From positions 255,874,001 to 255,938,000 of the forward strand of contig OZ024742.1 in NCBI GenBank assembly GCA_964016885.1: a DNA stretch of 64,000 nucleotides, written 5' to 3'. The translations under genes and the position numbers were made by a program. Positions 52,021-64,000 of this stretch are shown here, piece by piece. The notes beneath the pieces are model-generated. The model had not been told where the DNA came from, did not search any database, and was given only the letters and a program-made list of their open reading frames with translations. The DNA is from Eledone cirrhosa. Taxonomy: Eukaryota. The stretch's first letter is position 1. Every line of letters starts with the position of its first letter.

Positions 52021-52159
52021 GACGACTCACGACTATAATTGAAGTTTAATTAGCTATTTAGTTTTGGTAATTATATTCACTTTACATAACAATTGTTATG
52101 ATTCAAACTAATTAAATTTAGAAATAAAGTTATTATTCTTAATGAAAAAAGTCAATACT

Positions 52160-52231
<72 letters not shown>

Positions 52232-52403
52232 GGAGCCTATGATGTAATAATTAGACATAACCTAAATCATGGCATTGCTCAATGCTGGATTAGCATAGAA
52301 GTTGAATCCCAATAGAGTAAAAAATCGTTTCAATTTTGGTTTCAGGAATGACTGATTGTCTGGTTTGTCTGTTGTGTACACTGTTCCTCCATGTATGTAT
52401 GAA

Positions 52404-52443
<40 letters not shown>

Positions 52444-52481
52444 CATACACACACACACACGCACACACACAAACACACACA

Positions 52482-52553
<72 letters not shown>

Positions 52554-52831
52554 CACACACACACACACACATACACGCACACACACACACACACACGCAC
52601 ACACACACACACACACACAAATATATATATATGAAAGGGAGTTGCCCCTGAAATCGGAATAGAAATGGAATAAAACAAATTTCGCGTCAATCGGAGGATA
52701 AGTTCCCGTGATACGGGGTTTTTCCAGGTAAATTCATAAATAACCAACAACTCCATGATAACTAATAACCTTTTCCATATGTTATAATCCTCTTTGGGTT
52801 ACGGATGGTCTAGTATTTATTACTATTATTA

Positions 52832-53045
52832 AGGGCCGTGGATTGGCAGTATTGGTAGAGCGTCGGACGCCATGCCCTGCAGCATAGAATCACGACCCTT
52901 CACGATCTGAGTTCAAATCCCGCCGAGGCCAGCGTTGACATTCATCCTCACGGGGCCGACTAAACAAAGCACCAACAATACACAGGGGTCGATTTAATCG
53001 ACTTCCTCTTCCTCAAATTTGTTGGCCCTGTACCCAAAGCAAAAA
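52832..53045 (+). mobile_element. Family A SINE
   Basis: ttggcagtattggtagagcgtcggacgccatg..ctgagttcaaatcccgccgagg..tcatcctcacggggccgac. Confidence 0.85.
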
Positions 53046-53289
53046 TCATTACCATCATTATTTTATTGTTGATGTTGATGTTGTTCTTGTTATTATTTTC
53101 TGTTAACACAAACCTGTGTGGTTTCCTGGATGGGTGAACTTTCACTGCTGTAATTCCCCGTCATAAATGATTTATAAGTGATCAACAGAAGATAAAGCAA
53201 AAACAGTTCGCAGGCAGGTATCGATTTGTGGATTTCAGCAAAGAAAATCACCCAATATTATAGCATTTGATGAGGACGCATGTGTAATT

Positions 53290-55650
53290 TAAGGCCAGTA
53301 GCAAATGAATACATTGATAGTTTGCTGGAACGGAATTATGTTGATAATTTTGTCTTCGATTTACATATAACTAGCCTGGAAGACGAATCATTTCTTCTTC
53401 AAATTTAACAAAATTTATATGACATGGCTTTCTCCATTTAGTTCTATTATTGGCAACATTTTCCAACTGTTAATATTCATATTCAGACATTTCAAGTAGT
53501 CTCTAAGCTTTTCTTTATAGCGAAGTAGATGTCAGCTTAGCTTTCTACAAAAATCTTTACGTTAACAAAATGAGATTTATTTGGGATTCTTATTCCCAAA
53601 ACGTGGCCACACCATCTCATCTTGAATTAAATCAGGAACATTTGTATTCCAGAATTATTGCATTGCTATACTACTTTAATGTTTCCACCCTATCACCCTC
53701 TAGATCTGTCTTAGGCATTTCATTAAAACTGCTTATTTGATTTATGTGTTTGCGATAGGGAGTGCAGGCTTCTGCCCCATAAAAAGTGTAACAGAATTGT
53801 AAGAACAACAGCTTTATAGATATTAATATTTGTGTTAATAGACACATTGTGAGTGTTCCATATTCTACCATAAATTTACCAAAAGCTGAATTCGACTTTC
53901 CTCTGCGTATTTCAGTTTTCTTGTCTAACTTTGCATCACCAGTTACAGTTGAGCCAAGGTATGTCTTCAGAGTTTTACCTTCAACATAAATACATAGTAG
54001 AGTTTCGAGAAAATGTTCTGGCTTTGGTTGAAAGCTGAATCAAACTTATCAAAAATGACCCGCATATCCTGGAGGCAGTGTGCATTTAATGCACAATCAT
54101 CTGTAAAGAACAAATCGCATAACATTTGATACTTTATTGAAGAGGTGGTGATTGAAAATGCCTCTGTAGCTCGGTATTCCAATAAGACACCTTCAGTAAA
54201 ATCTGAGAAAGTATATTGAAGCATTATTGAGAATAATAAGGCTTAGAGCACTGGGACCAATAAATATCCTTATTTTTCACATCAAATGACTCTTTATAGA
54301 GTATACAAAACTTTTTATGTGTTTGTGTAAGAATATAATGAATTTGAGCAATTGCTCAGGAACGCCTTACTTTTCCAGAAGCTTCCACAATACCCCGCGT
54401 GATACTGTGTTGAAAATTTTTTGTGAGATCGACGAAGACTATATAGAAGTCCTTGTCATGCTTACTTAATTTTTCCTGTACCTACCGCAAACTGAAGATC
54501 ATAAGTACAGTTCCTTCAGGACAGATGTTAGGCACCAAGTTTATGAAGTTACAAGATAACTTTCTTCTCTTTTGCTTTTCATAGACTGAATGGTATCCAG
54601 AAAGGCAAAATTTCAAAGGCTCGTTAAAAATAATTTGATCGATTAATTTTGATTTTCATCTTTCACAGAAAATAAGAAAATAGAAATCAGAAAGGCCATT
54701 TAGATTCTTGAGAGAAAGCCCGAGAGTGGAGGAGGGGGTGACGTGGTACCTCAAACTCGACTTCTTTCCAAACAACAAGTGCTCCTGTGTTATCTCTACT
54801 CACACATTGAACTCGCGGAGACAATTTCAGCTGCCATAAGAACGAGGAAGTGAGAAAAAGCAAATGCTCATACCAGTACGAAAAAAAAAACGAAATAAAG
54901 AATGTCCCATCTGTCCACAGCTGTCCTTGAGACACAGTGGGAATATAAACTCCCCAAGATTTCCCATCTGAAGACAGATCTTGGGTAGTTGTGCACTAGA
55001 ATGGAGAATTAGTGCCATCGGCTTCCCAATCCAGCACACTTGACGATTTAGGTGCAGTTTTAATTACAGATAAAAGATAGGAAGAGATTTTAGGTGTTCT
55101 GATTGCAAGAGATGTAACCAAACAACAAATCACTAACTTTGTTTTGAAAAACTTCAACGACTTAAAATTGGGGATAGAATGATTGGTATTTCTTTCAACA
55201 TCAGCATGCACCACGAAAATTGAAGTAGCTCTGAAAAATATCTTTCGTGGCTGGCTTGGCAACAACATATTCTTGAATTGGTTTTGAAGAGATTCTTCGA
55301 AATCTTTTCTCCATTATCTCCTCCGGGTATATGTTCCAGGAACATTGGGGCTACTTAGATAAGTTTTATTATCAAAGTAAACTGGACGATGATAAACCCA
55401 TGGATGATTTTTCAAACCAATGAAGGAGGAGATTGTTGAATATCTACTGACTCTAATGTTTTAAGGAGATCATCCTTGAGAGAAGTATGTGCCGATTTAT
55501 TAAATTTCTCCCGTTTCTATATTGGTGGTTTGTCATCTTCCCAGGTTTCCTTTACGGTCCAAAGAGCTTACTACCAGGCTCATTAGATAGTTAAGGCTCA
55601 AGATACTTCTGTTAAAAAACAAGAACTTAAGATTAGACCACGTGAGTCGA
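53290..55650 (-). mobile_element. Long decayed RTE (BovB-like) LINE
   Basis: 53967-54224 DLFFTDDCALNAH..DKFDSAF; TYLGSTV, KVEFSFW; endonuclease remnants at ~55000-55650. Confidence 0.75.
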
Positions 55651-56216
55651 TAGATCTAGAAACATTCGTTTCGGGTTATAAATTTCAAAATTATTGCGTA
55701 TTTAGAGCATATTCCTCCTCCTTATTTTCACTGCATTTAATTTTGCCGCGTGACCTCCTCATTGTGTTCAGTGAACAAAAACAAGAATACACCACATGAC
55801 AGGTCTAACAAAATCGTCATAAATAAAAAGATATGAACGTGTGCAACCTTTCATTTTTATTCGATTGATCTATAATTCGGTAAACATCGTTATATTGTCA
55901 ACGTAAACACGGGCGTAATTCATGATTGGCGAATTGTTTGTAAAATCAAACACCCTAATGTATACACAAACACACACATACACACACACATACACACACA
56001 CACCCACCCACACACGTATATATGTGTATGTGTGTGTGTGTGTGTGTATTTTTGCTTGTAATAGTTGAATAAATCGAATAAAGTACGCATTCAGATGCAA
56101 AAAAACCTGACAGAGGTACCTGCAGGGAATCGAACCACGCAATTTGTCGACGTTATTTCCATAGTGAAATATCTCCGATTTGCTTAAGTAATATTATAGT
56201 TATTCTCAGTGTGGGG

Positions 56217-56328
<112 letters not shown>

Positions 56329-56419
56329 TGTATGTGGGCGTGTAAATATGTATGTGTGTATGTGCCTGTGTGTGTCTATGTGTATTTGTGTGTTTCTTTA
56401 AAATGTTGAAATTGCTGTG

Positions 56420-56900
56420 TTAATGACGAGCACCATTCGTTATGTTCACACATCCCCGTGTTTGCCTTCAACAAAGAATACGCTGAAAATCAGCCAAGCG
56501 TTTCTATGTGTCTGTAACTGCAATGCTGCATGGAAACTCCCAATTCTCACCTGATCAATGAAAATGCAAATGGTGCTGAACGTTGCTGAAGATTTCATTA
56601 GAAATTGTTTGATTTCAAAAAAGAAAGAAACCCATTCCGTAGAGAATATAGTATTTCAATACCAGTATCTTTCAATTCGAACCTCCGAATGATGACAGAG
56701 ATCGATGGCAGGTCTCTCATCCATGTAGAAAGGACTGTTCTTGGATAGAAAGAAAAGAAATTCAATTTCACGCCGTAATTACTATCATTCATTATATTCT
56801 TTATCCACCTGTTATTAATATTGATTCATAATATTGTTTATTATCTTGTTTAAAATGAACGTTCTGAAAGACATTATCAATATCTTATTGAAAATTTATC
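56420..56900 (-). mobile_element. Possible PLE N-terminal fragment
   Basis: SVIIRRFELK...GFLSFLKSNNF resembles PLE ORF starts; weak. Confidence 0.35.
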
Positions 56901-56947
56901 AGTGATTCATATTTTTCGTTCATACCAATTCGCATAGATGTTAAACA

Positions 56948-57029
<82 letters not shown>

Positions 57030-57112
57030 ATAATAATAAATTTGAAGACTAAAATCCAAAGAGGGCTCGATAAGTATAAATATATATCAAATATATAAGA
57101 ACCGTAGAGCAA

Positions 57113-58500
57113 ATATTTATTAAAATAACAGATTAAAGTTTAAGCAAAGAATCGCTGCTTTCACCCTTAACGGGATCTTCTGAAACTAACAAAGTCAATC
57201 TGTAAACGCAGAACTGGATATTTCAAAAAACGTTGCAACCGGAGGAAGACAGGAAGACGATACTTAGGTTCGTGGAAACGTTCGCTGGCAAAGAATGGGA
57301 AAAAACGAATATAATACGTCATTAATAGGAGCGCGCAAACACAGAACCACGTTTATGGTATAAAAGAGGTCGTAGACTAATGTTCTCTTAGGTGGTGCAT
57401 AGAGACGTTCTCTGGCAATGAACGAAAAGAAAACGAAGATAATACGCCATATGTGGAGCGTGGAGAACAATAGCACGCAAAGACAAAACCACGTAAATGG
57501 TATAGCAGAAGTCGTAGACTAAAATTCTAACTAGGAGACCGAATGAATCTCCGCTAAAGAGTTAAGAACAAAGTAAATAAATGCAATACAGAAGTAATAG
57601 AAATAAATAAATACATACACGCAAACAAATACGTACATACACAAGCATACGCAAAAACTACCATAGGTAAACAAAACCACGCACATATAAATATGTGTGT
57701 GTGTATGCGTGTATACAAATAAATAAATAATTATATAAACGTATATAAATAAATAAATACGTATATAACAAGCGCACACACATACCTACATGTAAATACA
57801 CGAATGTTCGGAGACGTAAGTCAACCAAAACATGAAGTACACATATACACACGCCCTACATACGTACGAACCTGCATACTTACACAGACGCAAAACTCCC
57901 GTATACACATAGCCGAACCATATGTACCAGAATATATTAAAAAACTATACGCCATAACAATCAAATATACGTACGAGAAGGTATACGTACCTTCACAAAA
58001 CATACGGGTAATATATACTTACCTATGCAAATAAGTAAAGGTATAAACAAAACATATACTTAGCTCCCACATCAAGACGTAAAATATCCACGTATAGATT
58101 GTACTATTCGTTAGGGTATAACGTGGGGCTGTAATACAGGAAAGTTTTGTGCAATTTATGTTTAGAAGCCGTAATTGCCTCAGATTTTTTTGTAAAAGAT
58201 GAGGTCTGTGGCGTAGAGTATTTCCAGGGCCTCAGCGGCGCATAGGTCACATGGTCTTTTATTTCCGTTATACGATCTAGCCTAGCTAGGATCTCCCAGT
58301 GTAACTTATATTGGGTTTGGTTGTCTTTTAGACTCCAGATATAAGCTGAAAGTGACGTCATATTCCGTCTTCCTCCGGTTGCAATGTTTTTTTAAATATC
58401 CAGTACTGCGTCTACAGATTGACTTTGTTAGTTTCAGAAGATCCCGTTAAGGATGAAAGCAGCCATTCTTTGCTTAAACTTTAATCTGTTATTTTAATAA

Positions 58501-58505
<5 letters not shown>
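57113..58505 (-). mobile_element. Naiad-type PLE 3' end with an inverted pLTR piece at its 5' junction
   Basis: TSLSAYIWSLKDNQTQYKLHWEIL..CDLCAAEALEIL..KKSEAITASKHK; ~57113-57250 is inverted at ~58366-58505; a solo copy of the terminus lies at ~42036-42137. Confidence 0.85.
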
Positions 58506-58570
<65 letters not shown>

Positions 58571-58575
<5 letters not shown>

Positions 58576-59168
58576 TAAACGGAATAGAAAATGCTGACAA
58601 ATTGTTCACAGTTGAAAAATGGTTTAATTAGGAATACAAGAGTATTAGTGATTGTATGGGTTAGTATTCAGTTGTGGTTTTAAGTTTTTAAGTTTTTACC
58701 GGTTGCGCATTTCTAAATGCTTTGCAAAAATAATTTTGAGATAGAGTGTCCGTGCTGTTTGCTCTGATCTGATTAGTTTGGGGAATTCTACCTGTCTTTA
58801 TGTTAAAAAAGTGGCTCCAATTTGCAAAAATTCTTGTGGTCAAAACAATTTTGATTGGTCGGTAGAGGTCATGTGAATGTATGGTCAAAATTGTTTTGAC
58901 CACAAGAATTTTTGCAAATTGGAGCCACTTTTTTAACATAAAAACAGGTAGAATTCCCAAAACTAATCAGATCAGAGCAAACAGCACGGACACTCTATCT
59001 CAAAATTATTTTTGAAAAGCATTTAGAAATGCGCAACCGGTAAAGACTTAAAAACTTAAAACCACAACTGAATACTAACCCATACAATCACTAATACTCT
59101 TTTATTCCTAATTAAACCATTTTTCAACTGTGAACAATTTGTCAGCATTTTCTATTCCGTTTACCAAT
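58571..59168. repeat. Foldback: ~284-bp arms, 30-bp spacer
   Basis: 58571-58854 is the reverse complement of 58885-59168 with few mismatches; abuts (TA)n. Confidence 0.95.
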
Positions 59169-59206
59169 ATATAATAACTTGTGTGTTACACCTCTATTCT
59201 TTTAAC

Positions 59207-59285
<79 letters not shown>

Positions 59286-59286
59286 G

Positions 59287-59459
<173 letters not shown>

Positions 59460-61041
59460 GAGATAAGGATCTGTGAAGACAAAACATATGCCGAATAAAG
59501 TCCAATGTTATATAACTGGCCACCATAATAGTTCTATTATAGAACATTTGTTTTTAGTGATGAAAATTTAGATATGCAACCCTTTCCCCTTTCACGATAC
59601 GGAAAGGCGGTATGGTAAATGTTCGCTACTTAAGAATGTATTATAATTTAAAAGTGATTAGTTCATTTCTTGTAGATGAGGAAACAATAAACATGGTTTC
59701 TTGACCGAGAATGCAATTCTCGGTCAAAATAAATATTTATTCATCACACTACATTTGCAAAACACTAAATGGCTGTTGTGAATATTTTATCTTGTAGGAT
59801 AACGAGAATAGAAATGCTGAAAAAGCCATTCCAACTTTCGGGGCTCATTCTGGCAGATGGCTATCTCTATCACAATAAGAGTAAGTAGGGAGCTGGTTGC
59901 GTAACACATAAGTCCAGATATTTCCAACACTTCGGATTTGATGACGCCTATTTCTCCGATAGATCGATCAAATGTACTAAATGTAGAAGAAAATAATTTG
60001 AAAAGTAAAACAAATGGATTGTGTAACAGATAATAAGTTGTTATTAACCATAGATATGATGAGCCAGTAAATTTCAGTCAGTTGTTTAGATAAGGAAATA
60101 AAGTAGAATAAAAGACAATGTCTGAAGCAAAGCACACATGAAAACGTTAATACAAATAGAATATCCCAATATATCTCGTCTATTTTACACAACATTCGTT
60201 TCATTCAACGAGAAACCAACTATCCCAGCAGCATCTCCATAGACAAGGTTAAACATTGTCGTTGTTAATAAAGCACTTTGACAAACTACACAATTATCTA
60301 AGCATCACAGAATATAAACTGCCGACATCTCCGCTAAGAATGTGGTATCCTCGCGAGACAGAAAAATACATTTTCAACTGATTGTAAATTGTAAACAGTT
60401 GATGTAACCAGTTTTATCCTGTCAGAGTTTGTATTCGTATTTAAATATATTTAAATCAACTGCTTGATATCTATATCAGTAATACAATGCAATTTATTTG
60501 ATATGGTAATATATACATATCAGTAATATTATGATATGCATAAAAGCGTAAAAGAATGCAAATATCGACAACAGAATAATTGGTTTTACACGTAGGTAAA
60601 TGGCAGAATGTCTCTAGAAGATAACAATCTAATTACTGGTTTGACAATTTCTATATTGTGCAGTAGAAATATACTCATCAGATTGTAACCCTTTTGATAC
60701 CATCCCGCCTGAAACTGCTCGTGGTTTTTTCATAAAAAGTCTCCTGCAATTTTACGTGAAACTCTTTTAATATATTTAATGTCAGCTTAATGATGATCAC
60801 GTTAAGCTATGTTACAACATTTTTCTAAAATTCTTAATTATTTCCAAAGTTACACATCGGTTGTGAATTTCATTAGACATGTGCAAACAAATAGATTAAG
60901 GATAACACTGAGGGTTTTGCTTCTTAAAGTGTTAAGTAGAAATGAAAACTAGTGTTCACCTTCCCACCCCAGCTAAAACAAGGAACTCAAGAATGCATGT
61001 TAATGGAAGCGTTCGTGATATTATAGTGATACTGATATTAT

Positions 61042-61160
61042 AGGTGAATTGGCAGACTCGTTAAAACGTCAGATAGAGTACTTTGCGGTGTTCTGTCCGG
61101 GTCTCTGGTCTCTCAGTTCCAATCCCGTCGAAGTAAACTTTTCTTTTCATCGATTCGACG
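61042..61160 (+). mobile_element. Family A SINE, decayed
   Basis: ggtgaattggcag..tctcagttccaatcccgtcgaagtaaacttttcttttcatc. Confidence 0.7.
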
Positions 61161-62043
61161 TGCAAAAATGTGCTGTATTCAGATCTGGAGAGGAAATAGA
61201 CTATGCCAGGTGTAAACAATGCTCTAGAAGTGCTGTATGCCAATATAGTGCCCCTTCGACTCCCTCAGGAATAACTGGTCAATATCATACCATACCCTCC
61301 ACTGCTGACAGTTGTGAATTTTGTGTTTGTTTGTGTATTTCTCGGGTAGTGAACAGGTTCGATAGCCTGGTTAAGTGGTGTGAGTGTTGAACTCAAGATC
61401 ATTAGCTCCCGCACTTGATTCCTGAACGGACAGCATCTTGTTTTCTTGAACAAGACGATTATTTTCACATCGATTTTCATTATAAGACATGGTTAGATAT
61501 TGATGTGAAACGGAAAATCTGTCTACGTTGCACACGGTTTCACATATTGATGATAATCTCCGAAGGAATGGAACAAAGAATATCTATGGAGATATCCTGA
61601 AAATATTTCTCCTATATCATTGCACCAACGACACCCCCGTGGAATATTATTATGTTAATAATGTTCGCTCTATCTTCTCCTTATATATTTAGTTAAAAAA
61701 AACATCAAAGAAGAAGAAACGAACCGGTCACCAAGTAGATCCAAGGAAACAATGATACTGTTAGTCTTCCATTGCTGATATCACATGTCAGTGGCAACAT
61801 TTGGCAGGAGGAGGTTGAATGTGAATTTAGAACATAGAAGGTGGGATCGGGAACCGCAAAGCATCCGATAATCCCTCTGGACGGATACTTTTTTAATCGA
61901 CGCCAAATAGATAAAAAGCAAAGCTAACCATTTCGGAGTTCGAACTAAAAGCGCAGTAATCCGGAATAACGAGACTCTAGCGACTGTTTTAAGTCGCCGG
62001 CTTAGCAGAATTTTTAGTTGAATTCGTAAGAGTATAACATAAT

Positions 62044-62200
62044 TTTTGGCACAGACCCAGCAATTATCCCAGTGTATTTCTGCTGCTTTTTTTATCGACA
62101 CTGTAACGATAAAAGGCGGGATTTGAACTCAGACCAAAGGGCCGTAACTATTTGCTGCAAATTATTGCGTCAGACTCTCTACCGATACTGCCAATCCACC
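62044..62200 (-). mobile_element. Family A SINE, internally deleted
   Basis: ttttggcaca..ccagcaattatcccagtg..ggcgggatttgaactcagacc..ctctaccgatactgccaatccacc. Confidence 0.8.
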
Positions 62201-62846
62201 GCTCTCATAGAGTATAAAATAATATTTGGTATTCATGTATATGTAAAAAAAGGAAAAGGAAAAATAGAAACGATTTAAATTACAAACGAAAATGCACTTT
62301 TGTTATAAGGTAACTATTTCTTCACCGAATTCAAATTGGTGCCATGCTGTCCTGATTCCAATATATAGTGCAGCCTAAGGGTATATGCGGTTCAAACTCT
62401 ATTGAAATGTAGTTTTACATTATAAGAAAAAGGCCAACTGAAGGCAATATTTTTATCATTCACGATAGAAAAATGTTCAGTTCACCTGTCATCGACAGCC
62501 TGACGTCTTATCTATCGAGTGACAGACAAAAGTTATAATACATAATTATGTGAGCTGAGACTGCTCGCTGGGGATATGTGAGGGTTTGCACTCAACTAAT
62601 ATCTTGTTATTCTTTCAGTATATCCCTATAGATAATGTAGACTTCAATGCATATGTATGAAAGAAAAACTCATCTCCACTTATATGAATATGTATGTATG
62701 CATGTACTTATGTGTGTATGTATGTATGTATGTATGTATGTATGTATGTATGTATGTATGTATGTATGTATGTATGTATGTATGTATGTATATGTATGTA
62801 TGTATATATATATGTATGTATGTATCTATGTATGTATATATATATG

Positions 62847-63300
62847 TCGGGTCACTCTTGAGTGCTACTGGTAACACATAACCCTGTACAACCCGTCGCA
62901 TGGTCGGGTCGTTGGCAACTGAACCGGCAACCCCACCAAATGTATTTGGTGAGGAGGGTGATTTTGAACACCTTGCAGGACAAAAAACAAAACCTGATAA
63001 AGGGCAGAAGAACTCATAAGAGTCAACGGCCATCCAAAAGTATGTAAATATGTATATACACATGTACAGCGCGCTTAAACCACTGGGAGTGAAGGACCCC
63101 TAGCCTTTGTCAGGGCATACTTCTAGGAGAAGACAACTAAGGAAACTGGGATAACCCCGATATAAAACCTGCGGCTCAGTAGTTACCGATTATGTTAATA
63201 TTTTATTCTTTTAGGGTTATAGTTACTGGCGCTCAGAGGGTGGGATTGGCTCAGTGCACAGTCTTCCCTCAGTTTAAAAAATATCTTCACCACAGTCATT
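62847..63300 (+). mobile_element. Probable RTE-type 5' UTR or derived repeat
   Basis: GC-richer block after (TATG)n with gggcatacttctaggagaagacaact..taaaacctgc, resembling RTE 5' UTRs from recall only. Confidence 0.35.
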
Positions 63301-63627
63301 GCACGATAGAATTAATTAATAATTATTAATAATGGTATATCGTGCAATGGCCACACTCAATAACGAGGGGGCAGCCATCATATATGTATGTATGGATGTA
63401 TTCAGGCATGGAAGTACATGTGTATCTATGTAGTCTATATTTTATTAATTTTGAATTTATGTTTGACCGGCCACCTTCCCGAGGCCAGATAGTCAAGAAA
63501 ACACATTTTAGAAGATTACAGATACCTCTTATAGCGTATGAATTCTAAAGCGAAGTTCTTTCTCGATAAATCCATGTTCAGTTAAACATTTGTATTGGTG
63601 AGTTTTTATAAGTACTGTAGTTATAAT

Positions 63628-63772
63628 TGTTTCTACTTTAGGCACAAGGCCAGCAATTACCCAGTGCATTACTGGTACTTTATTTTATCGACCCCGTAAG
63701 GATGAAAGGCAAAGTCAACCTCGGCGGGATTTGAACTCAGATCGTAAAGGGACGTAACTATGCTGGAAAGCA
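63628..63772 (-). mobile_element. 5'-truncated family A SINE, 10-bp TSD
   Basis: tagttataat at 63618-63627 and 63773-63782. Confidence 0.9.
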
Positions 63773-64000
63773 TAGTTATAATAGCAACAGGTATGAAACC
63801 GAAGCTGTATCTTTGGTACTTGATCTTCAAACTCCACATAAATGGTCCGTGGAATGTTTGTCATTTCATTGACATTGAATTGGTAACTGACTTGATTTTA
63901 ATGTGTTCCTACATGTCAATACCAGGCTTGTGTTTTACTTTGGTGACAGATTGTATTTGTATTTGTGTATGTATGAACGAATGTATTATGTTCTTCTGGT

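Overview
AT-rich, microsatellite-dense eukaryotic DNA with no host protein-coding exon that I can support. The SINE families and the (TA)n/(CA)n load suggest an octopod cephalopod (inference). The window is almost entirely transposon-derived: one near full-length RTE LINE (9307-12454, -) whose 5' end is a twister-ribozyme motif, several decayed RTE/CR1/Tx1-like fragments, many Penelope-like element (PLE) pieces including Naiad-type RT + GIY-YIG copies, three non-autonomous Helitrons, a DD37D/maT-like transposase remnant and about 13 tRNA-derived SINEs, several with target-site duplications. The strongest unexplained signal is a set of at least 8 unrelated foldback (inverted-repeat) units. Most abut (TA)n tracts, and most carry a type I hammerhead ribozyme (HHR) or a hammerhead-like core, including long-stem-II and apparent U3-A8 variants. 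All motifs were read by eye and boundaries of decayed elements are approximate.
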